Shown: positions 8,995-18,667 of the stretch, piece after piece
Numbering within the stretch: the first letter of the stretch is position 1
How the letters are laid out: each line of letters begins with the position of its first letter
NCBI GenBank assembly: GCA_039028615.1
Contig: JBCCHT010000051.1
Coordinates: forward strand, 1 to 64,000
Source of the DNA: Myxococcota bacterium
GTDB taxonomy: Bacteria > Myxococcota_A > Polyangia > Nannocystales > Nannocystaceae
Length of the DNA: 64,000 nucleotides
Direction: 5' to 3'
The notes under the pieces: generated by a model
Told to the model about the DNA's origin: nothing
What the model saw: the letters and a program-made list of their open reading frames with translations, nothing else
Databases searched by the model: none
Translations under genes and position numbers: made by a program

Positions 8995-10115
8995 GCGAAG
9001 GCGAAACACACGGCCCCACTCGCCGCGCGACGGCGACCCTCGGCGCGCTCGTGACCCTGTCGTTGCTCGGGTGCCCGGGTGAACCCACGCCGCACGAGAG
9101 TCCGGCGCCGACCTCGACTCGATCGGCAGAGCGAGAGATCCGCGACTGCATCGCAGAGCATCGCGCCGCGCCACCCTTCCAGCCGGTCATCACCGCCCTG
9201 TGCAGCGAGCGGTTTCGATTGGATGGCGTGTCCGTGGCGGTCGCGATCGCCCGCGGCGACGAGGTGCTCTTCGAGACCGCCGTCGGCCCGCGCTGCCAAG
9301 GGAGTCCCGAGGCGCTGACCACCGCGACGACCTTGCGCATGGGCTCGGTCACCAAGCTCGTCACGGCGGCGGTGGCGTTGACCCTTGCGCAACAACAGGA
9401 AGTGTCGCTTCGCGAACCGCTCGACCTCGGCTCGCCTCCGTCCACGCCGCCGCTGTCGCTGTCCGAGTTGCTGAACCACACCTCGGGACTGCGCGACCCC
9501 GAGCCTCCGCCCTCGGGCCAAGGGTGGTGGTCGGCCGCGTCGACGGCTCGCGAGGCCCCGGGCTCGCATCACTACGCCAACCTCAACTACCTCGCGGTGG
9601 GTCGCTGGCTCGAGCGCAGCACGGGCGGGTCATTCGCCGAGCTCTTCGCCCAGCGACCCGAGTTCGCGCCGCTGCGTGAGCGGGTGACCTTCGACCGCAC
9701 CACGGCGACGCAGCTGGGATGCAGTCACTTCGGGTGGGGCACGTGGCGGCGCGTGCCGCTGGCCACCGAGGCGCCTCTGCCTGCGTTCACGCTGCCCTCG
9801 GGGGGCGGGCTCGCCTCGGCTCGCGACCTGGCCCGGCTCCCGGCCGCGCTGGAGCGCATGGGGGTGCTCGAGTCGATGCTCGCCGAGTCCGTGCCCACCG
9901 AGCGCCCCGACGTTCGCTATGGCCTGGGCGTCCGCATCACCGAGACCGAGGCTGGCCCCGTGCTCGCGCACTCGGGACAGACAGCGGGACAGTGGGCGGA
10001 GCTGCAGTGGTCCCGCGGCGACGTGGCCGTCGCGGTCATGTCGAGCACGCCGCGCGCGTTCAAGGCGACGCTGCTGGCCGCCTTCGAGGCCGCTCGCTCA
10101 GCCGAAGCCGAGTAA
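8991..10115 (+). CDS. Serine hydrolase (beta-lactamase/PBP-like family) lipoprotein
   Basis: ATGA overlap with previous gene; lipobox LLGC; SVTK, LLNHTSGL, YANLNY, HSG motifs. Confidence 0.85.
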   Translation: MSEGETHGPTRRATATLGALVTLSLLGCPGEPTPHESPAPTSTRSAEREIRDCIAEHRAAPPFQPVITALCSERFRLDGVSVAVAIARGDEVLFETAVGPRCQGSPEALTTATTLRMGSVTKLVTAAVALTLAQQQEVSLREPLDLGSPPSTPPLSLSELLNHTSGLRDPEPPPSGQGWWSAASTAREAPGSHHYANLNYLAVGRWLERSTGGSFAELFAQRPEFAPLRERVTFDRTTATQLGCSHFGWGTWRRVPLATEAPLPAFTLPSGGGLASARDLARLPAALERMGVLESMLAESVPTERPDVRYGLGVRITETEAGPVLAHSGQTAGQWAELQWSRGDVAVAVMSSTPRAFKATLLAAFEAARSAEAE

Positions 10116-12185
10116 CCGACCGCCCTGGAACACCAGCAGCGCGGCCACGTAGGCGATGACCGTCATCGACACGAACATGAAGATCGGCCAGCGCCATCCG
10201 CCCGTCTCGCGGCGCACCACGGCCAGGGTGGACATGCACTGGCAGGCGTAGACGAAGAAGACCATCAGCGCCAAGCCCGAAAGCGGCGTGTGCTGGGGGT
10301 CGCCCGTGTCGGGGTTCTTCTGCTTGCGCATCGCCTCGCCGAGCCGCTCGGGCTCCTCGTCCGCGCCCTCCATGCCGTAGACGAGACCCAGGGTGCTCAC
10401 CAGGACCTCGCGCGCGGCGAAGCTGCCGATGATGCCCACGCCCACGCGCCAGTCTTGACCGATGGGCTCGACGGCGGGCTCGAGCACCTGCGCCATGCGG
10501 CCGCCGTAGCTCTCGGCCACCATGGTGGCGCCCCCCTGCCCCGCGCCTGTGCGCTCGGTGGGGAACGAGAGCAACGCCCACAGCACCACCGTGCAGGCCA
10601 AGATCACCGTGCCCGCGCTGCGCAGGAAATCCTTGAGGCGATCGACGACCATCAGCAGGGTGTCGGCGAATCGCGGCAAGCGGTAGGGCGGCAGCTCGAG
10701 CACCAGCGGCGGCGTGGGGCTGACCAAGATCGTGCGCTTGTAGATGAAACCCACCGCCAACGCGGAGACGGTGGACAGCAGGTACATCCCCAGCAGCACG
10801 AGCCCCTGGTCGACCCCCTCGGAGATGAGGGGCTCCCGAGACACGAACAGCGCCCCGATCACCAGGGTGTAGATGGGCAGGCGCGCCGAGCAGCTCATGA
10901 AGGGGATCATCAGGATGGTGACCATCCGATCCTTCATGCTGGAGATGGTGCGCGTGCCCATGATCGCCGGGATGGCGCAGGCGTAGCCGCTGAGCAGGGG
11001 GATGAAGGCGCGGCCATGCAGGCCCAGGCGCGCCATCAGCCGATCGAGCAGGAACGCCGCCCGAGCCAGATACCCCGAGTCCTCGAGCAGGCCGAGGAAC
11101 AGGAACAGCAGGGCGATCTGGGGCACGAAGACCACCACGTTGCCCACGCCCGCGATGACGCCCTCGGTGAGCAGCTCGGTGAGCAAGCCGGGGCCCAGCG
11201 CATCGCTGACCAGCCCCGAGAGCCAGCCGAAGGTGTCTTCGATGAGCCCCATCATCGGGTCGGCCCAAGAGAAGATCGCGATGAAGATGAAGGCCATCAC
11301 CGAGACGAAGGTGAGCAGCCCCCACACCCGATGGGTGAGCACGCGATCGATCCGCTCCGAGCGACCCATGGCAGGGGCTTGGCCGCGGACGCGCTCGCGG
11401 TGCCCGAGCGCTTCGAGCACTTCGTCGACCCGGCGATAGCGGGCGCAGATGAGCTGCTCGGCGGCGGCCCGCAGCTCGGAGGGTTCGCGGTCGCGCCATG
11501 GCCCGGGCTCGGGCTCGGCGACCTCGACCCCGGCGACCTTCGCCAGCAGCTGCGTGCGGGCCAGCGCGGGCGAGTCGCCCGTACAATCGCTCAGGACGCC
11601 ACGCAGGGCATCATCGTCGGGCCCCGGCGTGACGACCACGGGCTCGGTGCTCTGGTCGGCGGCCTCGTGCAGCGCTTGGTACAGCGCCGCGACCACCTCG
11701 GGCGCGCCTTTGCCCACCCGGGCGACGGTGGACACCACGGGCACGCCGATCTCCGCGGCCAGGGTCGAGGGCTCGACGGGCAAGCCAGCCTCGCGGGCCA
11801 CGTCGACCATGTTGAGCGCCACCACCACGGGCAGACCCAGCTCGAGCACCTGCACCGCCAGATAGAGGTTGCGGGCGAGGTTGGAGGCATCGAGCACCAG
11901 CAACACCGCATCGGGGCGCTCGGTGCCGGTCAGGACCTCGAACGCCACCTGCTCGTCCTGGGAGGTGGGGCTGAGGCTGTAGGTGCCCGGAAGGTCGAGC
12001 AGGCGTAGGGTGGCGTCGCTCTCGTCCTGGCGCAGACGGGGGCTCAGGTCGCCCTCGAGGCACTGCACGGTGACCCCCGCGTAGTTGCCCACGCGATGGC
12101 GAGACCCGGTGAGGACGTTGAAGAGGCTGGTCTTGCCGACATTCGGGTTGCCGGCCACGGCAACGCGTAACACCGAGCCGCTCAT
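10098..12185 (-). CDS. feoB: Ferrous iron transporter B
   Basis: G1 GNPNVGKT, G2 NYAGVTV, G3 DLPGTYSL, G4 NMVD; LEDSGY, PFMSCSARLP, LELPPY, AREV membrane-domain motifs. Confidence 0.97.
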   Translation of the reverse strand: MSGSVLRVAVAGNPNVGKTSLFNVLTGSRHRVGNYAGVTVQCLEGDLSPRLRQDESDATLRLLDLPGTYSLSPTSQDEQVAFEVLTGTERPDAVLLVLDASNLARNLYLAVQVLELGLPVVVALNMVDVAREAGLPVEPSTLAAEIGVPVVSTVARVGKGAPEVVAALYQALHEAADQSTEPVVVTPGPDDDALRGVLSDCTGDSPALARTQLLAKVAGVEVAEPEPGPWRDREPSELRAAAEQLICARYRRVDEVLEALGHRERVRGQAPAMGRSERIDRVLTHRVWGLLTFVSVMAFIFIAIFSWADPMMGLIEDTFGWLSGLVSDALGPGLLTELLTEGVIAGVGNVVVFVPQIALLFLFLGLLEDSGYLARAAFLLDRLMARLGLHGRAFIPLLSGYACAIPAIMGTRTISSMKDRMVTILMIPFMSCSARLPIYTLVIGALFVSREPLISEGVDQGLVLLGMYLLSTVSALAVGFIYKRTILVSPTPPLVLELPPYRLPRFADTLLMVVDRLKDFLRSAGTVILACTVVLWALLSFPTERTGAGQGGATMVAESYGGRMAQVLEPAVEPIGQDWRVGVGIIGSFAAREVLVSTLGLVYGMEGADEEPERLGEAMRKQKNPDTGDPQHTPLSGLALMVFFVYACQCMSTLAVVRRETGGWRWPIFMFVSMTVIAYVAALLVFQGGRLLGFG

Positions 12186-12421
12186 CGGCGAACCACCCGG
12201 ACGTACGCCGCTTCCGCGCGTCGCAGCGACAAGTGATACCCGCGGATGCGAAGCTCCAGGGGATCACCCAGCGGCGCTTTCTTCACCAGCTCGACTCGCG
12301 TGCCCAACACGAATCCCATCTCGAGCAAGCGCACCGCCATGTCGCCGGGGCCTTGCACCCCCGTCACGTCGGCCGCGGTGCCGATCGGCAAGGTATCGAG
12401 TGTGGTTTCGTCCCCTTTCAC
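12182..12421 (-). CDS. feoA: Ferrous iron transport protein A
   Basis: RLLEMGFVLG...APLGDP...LSLRRAEA; 4-bp overlap with feoB. Confidence 0.92.
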   Translation of the reverse strand: MKGDETTLDTLPIGTAADVTGVQGPGDMAVRLLEMGFVLGTRVELVKKAPLGDPLELRIRGYHLSLRRAEAAYVRVVRR

Positions 12422-12452
12422 GGGCCGCGGAGCATAGCAGAGGAACGACAAC

Positions 12453-13478
12453 ATGGAACATCGCAACCTCGGATCCAGTGGCCTTCGCGTCTCCGCCCTT
12501 TGCTTGGGCACCATGACCTTCGGCGAAGCCGACTCCAACTCGTTCATGCACAAGGTCGGCTGCGACGAAGCCACCTCGTTTTCGATCATGAACCGGGCCC
12601 TCGAGCTCGGCGTCGATTTCTTCGATACCGCCGACGTCTACGGCCAAGACGGCCTCACCGAGCGGGTGATCGGCAATTGGTTCGAAAAGGACGGCCGACG
12701 GGACGATGTGATCCTCGCCACGAAGTTTCGTTTCAAGATGGGCGCGGGCCCCAACGGGACCGGCGCTTCCCGCTACCGGATCATGAAGACGGTGGAGGAC
12801 AGCCTGCGGCGGCTGAAGACCGATCGCATCGACCTGTACCAGATCCACATGCAGGACATCGCGACGCCCGAGGAAGAGACGCTGCGCGCGCTCGATGATC
12901 TCGTGCGTCAGGGCAAGGTGCTGTACATCGGCTGCAGCAACTACGCCGCCCATCGCCTGGTCGACAGCCTGTGGACGAGCAAGACCCAGGGCCTCGAGCG
13001 CTTCGTCTCGGCGCAGATGCAGTACAGCCTGGTCACCCGCGACATCGAGCGCGAGCACGTGCCCGTGTGCCGCGAGCACGGGCTGGGCATCCTGCCCTGG
13101 TCCCCGCTGGCGGGCGGCTTCCTCACGGGCAAGTACCAGCAGGGCCAGGGCGCGCCCGAGGGCACGCGGCTCGAGCAATGGAAAGACCGCTACGGTCGCT
13201 TCGACAACGATCGCAACTGGCGAATCTTGGCGGCGCTCACCGAGGTCGCGGGGCAGCTCGAGGCCAAGCCGGCCCAGGTCGCGCTGGCCTGGCTGATGGC
13301 CAAGCCGCAGGTCACGTCGGTGATCTTCGGCGCCCGCTCGCTACAGCAGCTCGAAGACAACGTGCGGGCGGCCGAGCTCGAGCTCTCCGCCGAGCAGATG
13401 TCGGCCCTCGACGAGGCCTCGAGCTTCGACCTCGGCTACCCCTACAACTTCATCGGCCAGGTGCAGAAGCGCTGGTAG
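12453..13478 (+). CDS. Aldo/keto reductase
   Basis: LGTMTFG, FDTADVY, LATK, SLRRLKTDRIDLYQIH, WSPLAGGFLTGKY. Confidence 0.95.
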   Translation: MEHRNLGSSGLRVSALCLGTMTFGEADSNSFMHKVGCDEATSFSIMNRALELGVDFFDTADVYGQDGLTERVIGNWFEKDGRRDDVILATKFRFKMGAGPNGTGASRYRIMKTVEDSLRRLKTDRIDLYQIHMQDIATPEEETLRALDDLVRQGKVLYIGCSNYAAHRLVDSLWTSKTQGLERFVSAQMQYSLVTRDIEREHVPVCREHGLGILPWSPLAGGFLTGKYQQGQGAPEGTRLEQWKDRYGRFDNDRNWRILAALTEVAGQLEAKPAQVALAWLMAKPQVTSVIFGARSLQQLEDNVRAAELELSAEQMSALDEASSFDLGYPYNFIGQVQKRW

Positions 13479-13493
13479 CCGCCGCCTGAAAGT

Positions 13494-13537
13494 AAGCCCG
13501 CGAACGCCTCCGGGGGATTTGGAGGCGCCGCGGGCTT
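13494..13537. terminator. Hairpin between convergent genes (likely bidirectional terminator)
   Basis: AAGCCCGCG..CGCCTCC / GGAGGCG.CGCGGGCTT. Confidence 0.6.
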
Positions 13538-13571
13538 CGACATGTTCCACGGACAGAGGAATCAGCGGGCA

Positions 13572-14738
13572 CTATCCGTGGATCCAGTAGATCGACAAAG
13601 CCATCGCCAGCCAGGAGCTCACCGCGATGCACACGGCGGCGACGATCACCACCGTGCGTTCTCGTTGGGCGACGTCGCGGATCGGCACCTGAGCGATCGA
13701 GCCCACCATAGGAGAGCCCAGCGGGGTATTGAACGGCTGTGACTCGGCCCCGCTCATCGCCATGCGGATCGAGGGCTCCGTCCAGCGGGTGATCGACCCG
13801 GTGGTGGGCTCGGACTCGGCCCAGGGCATTCGCCAAGAGATGTCGCCGTCGAGGCGCGTGGGCTGCTCGTTGCGCTCGGCCATCATCGCCGCCTCGAGGG
13901 CGCCGCAGGCCTGCCCCGCGTTCGCGTAGCGCAGCTGCGGGTCTTTGGCGCACAGCCGCTCGACCACGGTGGCCAGCGCGTCGCTGAAGCGCCCGCGCAG
14001 CGAGGGGACCTCGCGACGGATCTGCATCGACAGCAGCAGCACCGAGTCATCAGCGGTATAGGGCGGCTCCCCGGTGAGCATCTCGTAGAGGATGAGGCCG
14101 GTGGAGTACAGGTCGGAGGCCTCGGTGACTTCTTTGCCCGAGGCCTGCTCGGGGCTCATGTACTGCGGCGTGCCGAAGATCTGCCCGAGCCCGGTGAGGC
14201 GCCGACGACCGTGGGGCATGCGGGTCTTGGCGATCCCGAAGTCGAGCAGCTTCACCAAGCGTCGCTTCCGACTGCCCGGCGTGACGATGATGTTCTCCGG
14301 CTTCACGTCGCGGTGGATCACCCTCATCGAGTGGGCGTAGTGCAGCCCCTCGAGCAGTTGGCTGGCGATCGACAGGGCGAGCTCGACGTTGAGCGGCGTC
14401 CCGAGGATCTCGCTCAGCTCGAAGCCTTCGACCAGCGGCATCACGAAGTAGCTGAGCTCCCCGTCCTCGTCGACGTCGAGAATGTTGACGCAGTTGGGGT
14501 GGCACAACTGAGAGGCGGTCAGCGCCTCTCGTTCGAAGCGGGCCCGAATGTTGGGGTTGCAGCGCAGGTCCTCGTGCAAGATCTTGATCGCGACCGCCTT
14601 GGACAAGCCCAGTCGCGTGCCTCGAAACACGCCGCCGGTCATGCCGAAGCCGAGCACCTTCTCGATGCGGTAGCGACCATTGAGCACGCGTCCCTGCAGC
14701 TCGGCCGCCCACTCTTCGAGACCGCCGCACTCGGCCAT
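13572..14738 (-). CDS. Ser/Thr protein kinase with C-terminal TM helix (start uncertain)
   Basis: VAIK, HRDVKPEN, DFG, GTPQYMSPE, SDLYS; C-terminal hydrophobic segment. Confidence 0.9.
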   Translation of the reverse strand: MAECGGLEEWAAELQGRVLNGRYRIEKVLGFGMTGGVFRGTRLGLSKAVAIKILHEDLRCNPNIRARFEREALTASQLCHPNCVNILDVDEDGELSYFVMPLVEGFELSEILGTPLNVELALSIASQLLEGLHYAHSMRVIHRDVKPENIIVTPGSRKRRLVKLLDFGIAKTRMPHGRRRLTGLGQIFGTPQYMSPEQASGKEVTEASDLYSTGLILYEMLTGEPPYTADDSVLLLSMQIRREVPSLRGRFSDALATVVERLCAKDPQLRYANAGQACGALEAAMMAERNEQPTRLDGDISWRMPWAESEPTTGSITRWTEPSIRMAMSGAESQPFNTPLGSPMVGSIAQVPIRDVAQRERTVVIVAAVCIAVSSWLAMALSIYWIHG

Positions 14739-15103
14739 GCTGGGGGCGGGCGAGCGCGGTTCGGTGACCGTCCCGAACGCCGAGTGTGGGAGCAATCGCG
14801 GAGGTCCGCCCGAGCCCTCGAAGCACGGCTTCGTCTCGGCACGACCACCGTGCACCTCGAACTCGGGAACCTGAGGAACTACTCGAAGCATCGACGTCGA
14901 CCCCGCCTCTTTCAACCGGTCGCAGTACGCCTGAGCTCAGCCGGCGGTTACGAACAAAACAGCGAATTGTTCAATGATGACGGATACAAGGATCGCTCAC
15001 CGGCTCACCGAAATCGCGCGCGCCGAGGCTGTGGGCAACTCGTTCGATGTGCCCGCGCCTCGATCGGACGTCGACTTTCGACGAGAACACCGATTTCGAC
15101 GAG

Positions 15104-17821
15104 CTAGGGGTCGTCGGTGATCGCCGATGCATCCGACAGCTGCGCGGCGAGGGTCGAGGCCCGCGCCTCCTCGCGTCGGGCCTGCTCGCCATCCATGTCG
15201 GCGAGCCCCTGGCGAACCGACTCGAGCAGCGGTCGAGCCTCATGGTTGCGGCCGACGTCGTGCAGCAGCTGGGCATGGTCGAGCATGGTCGACCACTGCA
15301 TCATGGTGCCGGGGTTGTTGACGCGCGCCGTCGCCTCGGCGCGCTCGACCATCTCGAGCGCCTCTTCATGGCGCCCCGCCGCCCGCAGGGCTCGACTCAG
15401 GCCCGCGGTGGCCTTCGAAAGCCGCGGGTGCTGGGCCGCGCTGATTTCCTCGACGATCTCGATCGCCCGGCGGTACTTGGCGATGGACCCCTCCACGTCG
15501 CCCTGCGCCAGCAGCAGCTTGCCCTCGATCCGAGCGTGGGACGCCAGGTCGATCGTCCCCCCGGGGTGGAGGGTGGTGAGGATCTGGTAGGCCCGATCGA
15601 CGCCCTCGCGCGCGGCCTCGAGCTCTCCGCGGTCGATGCCGAGGTCGGCGAGGAACAGCGTGGGCATGGCCACCGCATCGTGCATCGGCCCCCGTGCCGC
15701 GCCCGAGATCCCCAGCGCCCGCTCGATGTGGCCGCGCGCGAGCTGAAGCCGCCCTTCGAGACGCTCGAGCGACCCGAGGTTGTAGTAGATCTCGGCCAGC
15801 ATGGGGTGACCCTCGCCGACCACGTCCCGCCCCAGCCGCAGCGCCCGGCGAAGCAGCTCCCGCGCTTCGTCGTAGCGATGCAGATAGATCTGGGTGGCCG
15901 CGATGTCGTTGAGCAGCGTGACGAGGTCGAGCTGCGACGCGCTGCGATCGGCCTCGAGCCGCTCGCGGGCGGCGAAGAGCAGGGGCAGCGTCTCCGAGAA
16001 GCGGCTCTGGCGAAACAGGACATCCGAGCGCGCCCGCAGCACGGCGACGTGCGCGGGCGAGTCCGACGGCAGCCGCTGGGCCCCGGCCACTGCCACCCGC
16101 ACCCAGGTCTCCCCCGCCTCGAGCCGCTGGAGGGCGTAGCCCACCAACCCGGCGAGCCGAGCCGCAATGACCACGCTCAGCTCGGTCTCGGCCGCCCCCA
16201 CCGCCTCCGCGTAGGCCTGCTCGAGCAGCTCGCGCGCCGACTCGAACTCCCCCTGGAACTGCACCGCGTCGGCGTAGCTCATGAGGATCTTCGCGTGCAC
16301 GGTGGGATCGGCATCGCGGGCGCGCTGCTCCAGCTCTCGCAGCACGGGCGTCGCCTCTTGGACCATCCCCGCGCTCGCCGTCATCTTGGCGCGCGCCAGC
16401 TCGGTCAGCAGCTGATCGTCGGTGCCCTCGGCCAACACCGCGGACGGCGGAGGATTGCGACAGTCCTCGAGCCGGGGCAGCGCGCTGGCGGCCCCGGTGG
16501 CCGACTCGACCACGCGCGGGTCGGCCCCCTCGAGCGCCCCCACCAGCGAGGCCATGGCGGCCAGGCTGCGGTTGAAGCAGGCCGCCCGCAGGTAGAAGGC
16601 ATCGTCGGAGATCGTCTCGCGGCTCTCGCAGGTCTCTCCCACCGCGCGTGCCCATCGCTCGGCGTAGACATCGAGCGCGGCGCTGGTGTGCTGGGCGGCG
16701 TTGGAGGCGAAGGCCAGCCCCGTCTGCTCGAAGGACTCGATCACCCCGCGGCGCTGCGCGGGACCCCAGACCTCGTCGATCTGGTCGGGCCGTGGCTGAC
16801 AGGCGGTCTCGGGCCCCGCCAAGGCCATGGCCACCGCCGTGCCCAGGCCCGCGACCCCCAGCGCGATGCTGCCGATGGCCACGCGGCTCCACCGTCGTCG
16901 GGGAGCGAGCGCCTCGACCAGAGGATCCATGGAGTGGAGGCGCCGCTCGGGGTCGATCTCGGTGCCCGCACGCAAGATCGTCCGCAAGGACTTGGGCACG
17001 TCGACCAGCGCGACCTCGATCCGCTCGCGCTTGGCTTCGTCGCTGATGGTGGCCGCTCGCCCGGCATGGACCCGCTGCGCGGTCAGGACCTCGATGGCGG
17101 TGATGCAGAAGGCGTAGATGTCCGTCTGCACCGACGCCCCGCTGCCGCCGTGCTGCTCGGGTGCCATGTACGAGGGCGTGCCCGCCACCGTGGTCGAGTC
17201 CGCCGCGCTGGGCGTGTTGGCCTGCACCGCGAGCCCGAAGTCGGCGAGCAGCGCGGTGGTGGTCTCGTCGACCAGGATGTTGCTCGGCTTGACGTCGCCG
17301 TGAACGATGTCGAGTCGATGCGCGGCCTGCAGCCCCAGCGCGGCGCCGTGCAGCAGCCCGAGCTTGGTGTCGAACGAGCAATCTTGGCCGTGCGTCCCCA
17401 GCCAGCGAAACAAGTCCGTGCCCTCGATGCGCTCCATGACGATGAAGACGTCACCGCGGTGCTCGTCGACCTCGAACACCCGCACGATGTTGGGATGCGA
17501 CAGCTGGGCCAGCATCCGCGCCTCGGCGCGCAGGGCCTCGGCGTGGGCATGAATGGTGCGCACGCCCGCATCGCCGCCGCGATCGGAGAACACCTTGATC
17601 GCCACGCGCCGACCGAGCTGAGGGTCGTCGGCTTCGTAGACCGCACCGCCACCACCCTGCCCCAGCTGCCCGCGCAACAAGAACCGACCCACCGAGGTGC
17701 GACCGTGCAGCCCCGAGAACAAGCGCGCCCCCACCCGTTCGCGCATGATGTCGTCGAGCAAGCCCGCACCGGGGCGCCCGGCCTGGCCGAACGCCTCGGA
17801 GACGGTGGGGTCGTCCTTCAT
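15104..17821 (-). CDS. Membrane Ser/Thr protein kinase with extracytoplasmic TPR repeats
   Basis: GQGGGG, VAIK, HGDVKPSN, DFG, GTPSYMAPE; TM helix; kinesin-light-chain-like TPRs (GEGHP..A..YYNLG). Confidence 0.92.
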   Translation of the reverse strand: MKDDPTVSEAFGQAGRPGAGLLDDIMRERVGARLFSGLHGRTSVGRFLLRGQLGQGGGGAVYEADDPQLGRRVAIKVFSDRGGDAGVRTIHAHAEALRAEARMLAQLSHPNIVRVFEVDEHRGDVFIVMERIEGTDLFRWLGTHGQDCSFDTKLGLLHGAALGLQAAHRLDIVHGDVKPSNILVDETTTALLADFGLAVQANTPSAADSTTVAGTPSYMAPEQHGGSGASVQTDIYAFCITAIEVLTAQRVHAGRAATISDEAKRERIEVALVDVPKSLRTILRAGTEIDPERRLHSMDPLVEALAPRRRWSRVAIGSIALGVAGLGTAVAMALAGPETACQPRPDQIDEVWGPAQRRGVIESFEQTGLAFASNAAQHTSAALDVYAERWARAVGETCESRETISDDAFYLRAACFNRSLAAMASLVGALEGADPRVVESATGAASALPRLEDCRNPPPSAVLAEGTDDQLLTELARAKMTASAGMVQEATPVLRELEQRARDADPTVHAKILMSYADAVQFQGEFESARELLEQAYAEAVGAAETELSVVIAARLAGLVGYALQRLEAGETWVRVAVAGAQRLPSDSPAHVAVLRARSDVLFRQSRFSETLPLLFAARERLEADRSASQLDLVTLLNDIAATQIYLHRYDEARELLRRALRLGRDVVGEGHPMLAEIYYNLGSLERLEGRLQLARGHIERALGISGAARGPMHDAVAMPTLFLADLGIDRGELEAAREGVDRAYQILTTLHPGGTIDLASHARIEGKLLLAQGDVEGSIAKYRRAIEIVEEISAAQHPRLSKATAGLSRALRAAGRHEEALEMVERAEATARVNNPGTMMQWSTMLDHAQLLHDVGRNHEARPLLESVRQGLADMDGEQARREEARASTLAAQLSDASAITDDP

Positions 17822-18444
17822 CGGTCGAGTTCCCAGTCGGCCTGCTGACGGATGGACCGCGCCCACCGCTCGAGGTTCTGGGTCGTACGCTCGACGATCT
17901 CGGGGTCGATGGCGAGGTTGCGCAGCTGCTCTTGCAGCTGCTGCCGCGCCCGCTGGATTCGAGTCTTGATGGTGCTGCGAGGCACTCCGAAGGCCTCGCC
18001 CAGCTCCGCCGTGGACATCGACTCCCAGTAGTGCAGCTCCACGATGATCTGCGAGTCGAGCGGAATGCGGACCAGCGCCGAGAGCAGCGCGCGCTGCTCG
18101 GCCCGCCACGCGACCGCCTCGCTCGGCGAGGGCACGACGGAGTCGGCGCTGATGGTGCTGGGATCGAAGGCGTGCGGATCACGGGCTCGCTCGCGCAGGC
18201 TTCGGACCAGCTCGTTGCGCGTGATCGCCACCAGGTAGGCCCGGAAGCTCGTGTGGACCTCGAGCTTGTTGCGGACGCGAACCAACGACTCGAAGACCCG
18301 CTGGAGGACGTCTTCCTCGTCGGTGGTCTTGCCGCGCACCAGGTTGCGAACGAGACTGAAGTAACGCTGGTACAGCGTCGCCCCCGCCTCTTGGTCCCCG
18401 CCCCGCCACGCCTCGAGTAATTCGAGATCTCCGCCGGCCTTCAA
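17818..18444 (-). CDS. ECF RNA polymerase sigma factor (start uncertain)
   Basis: DLELLEAWRGGD, EDVLQRVF, SFRAYL, region 4 LHYWE...ELGEAFGVPRSTIKTRIQRAR; 4-bp overlap with kinase. Confidence 0.92.
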   Translation of the reverse strand: MKAGGDLELLEAWRGGDQEAGATLYQRYFSLVRNLVRGKTTDEEDVLQRVFESLVRVRNKLEVHTSFRAYLVAITRNELVRSLRERARDPHAFDPSTISADSVVPSPSEAVAWRAEQRALLSALVRIPLDSQIIVELHYWESMSTAELGEAFGVPRSTIKTRIQRARQQLQEQLRNLAIDPEIVERTTQNLERWARSIRQQADWELDR

Positions 18445-18667
18445 CCCTCTCAAGATAGCGCACTCATGCGGGGATGAAGTCCCGTTGTGACATGCCTCGG
18501 GCACGGCTCACGATAACAGCAAAGTACACCACTGCTCCGCGTCTACGTTGTTTATCGAGATCTTCGCCGTCCAATCGTGGACCCTCGTCCTCTGGTTTGT
18601 GGGCATCGCTCCAGGTGCTCGTGATCGTATCGTGACACCGGCGATCTTTTTGACAGTGAAGAACCGC

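Noticed and set aside
8991..10115. True beta-lactamase resistance gene
   Set aside because: The motifs support only the broad serine hydrolase family; substrate cannot be inferred.
14978..15005. Third copy of the ECF promoter motif (TGACGGA...CGCTCACCGG)
   Set aside because: No GGATG at the N15 position and no downstream gene on that strand.
15047..17848. 933-aa plus-strand ORF and similar long antisense ORFs (e.g. 59823-62252, 42830-45121, 37277-39256)
   Set aside because: Shadow frames of motif-bearing genes, expected in high-GC DNA.
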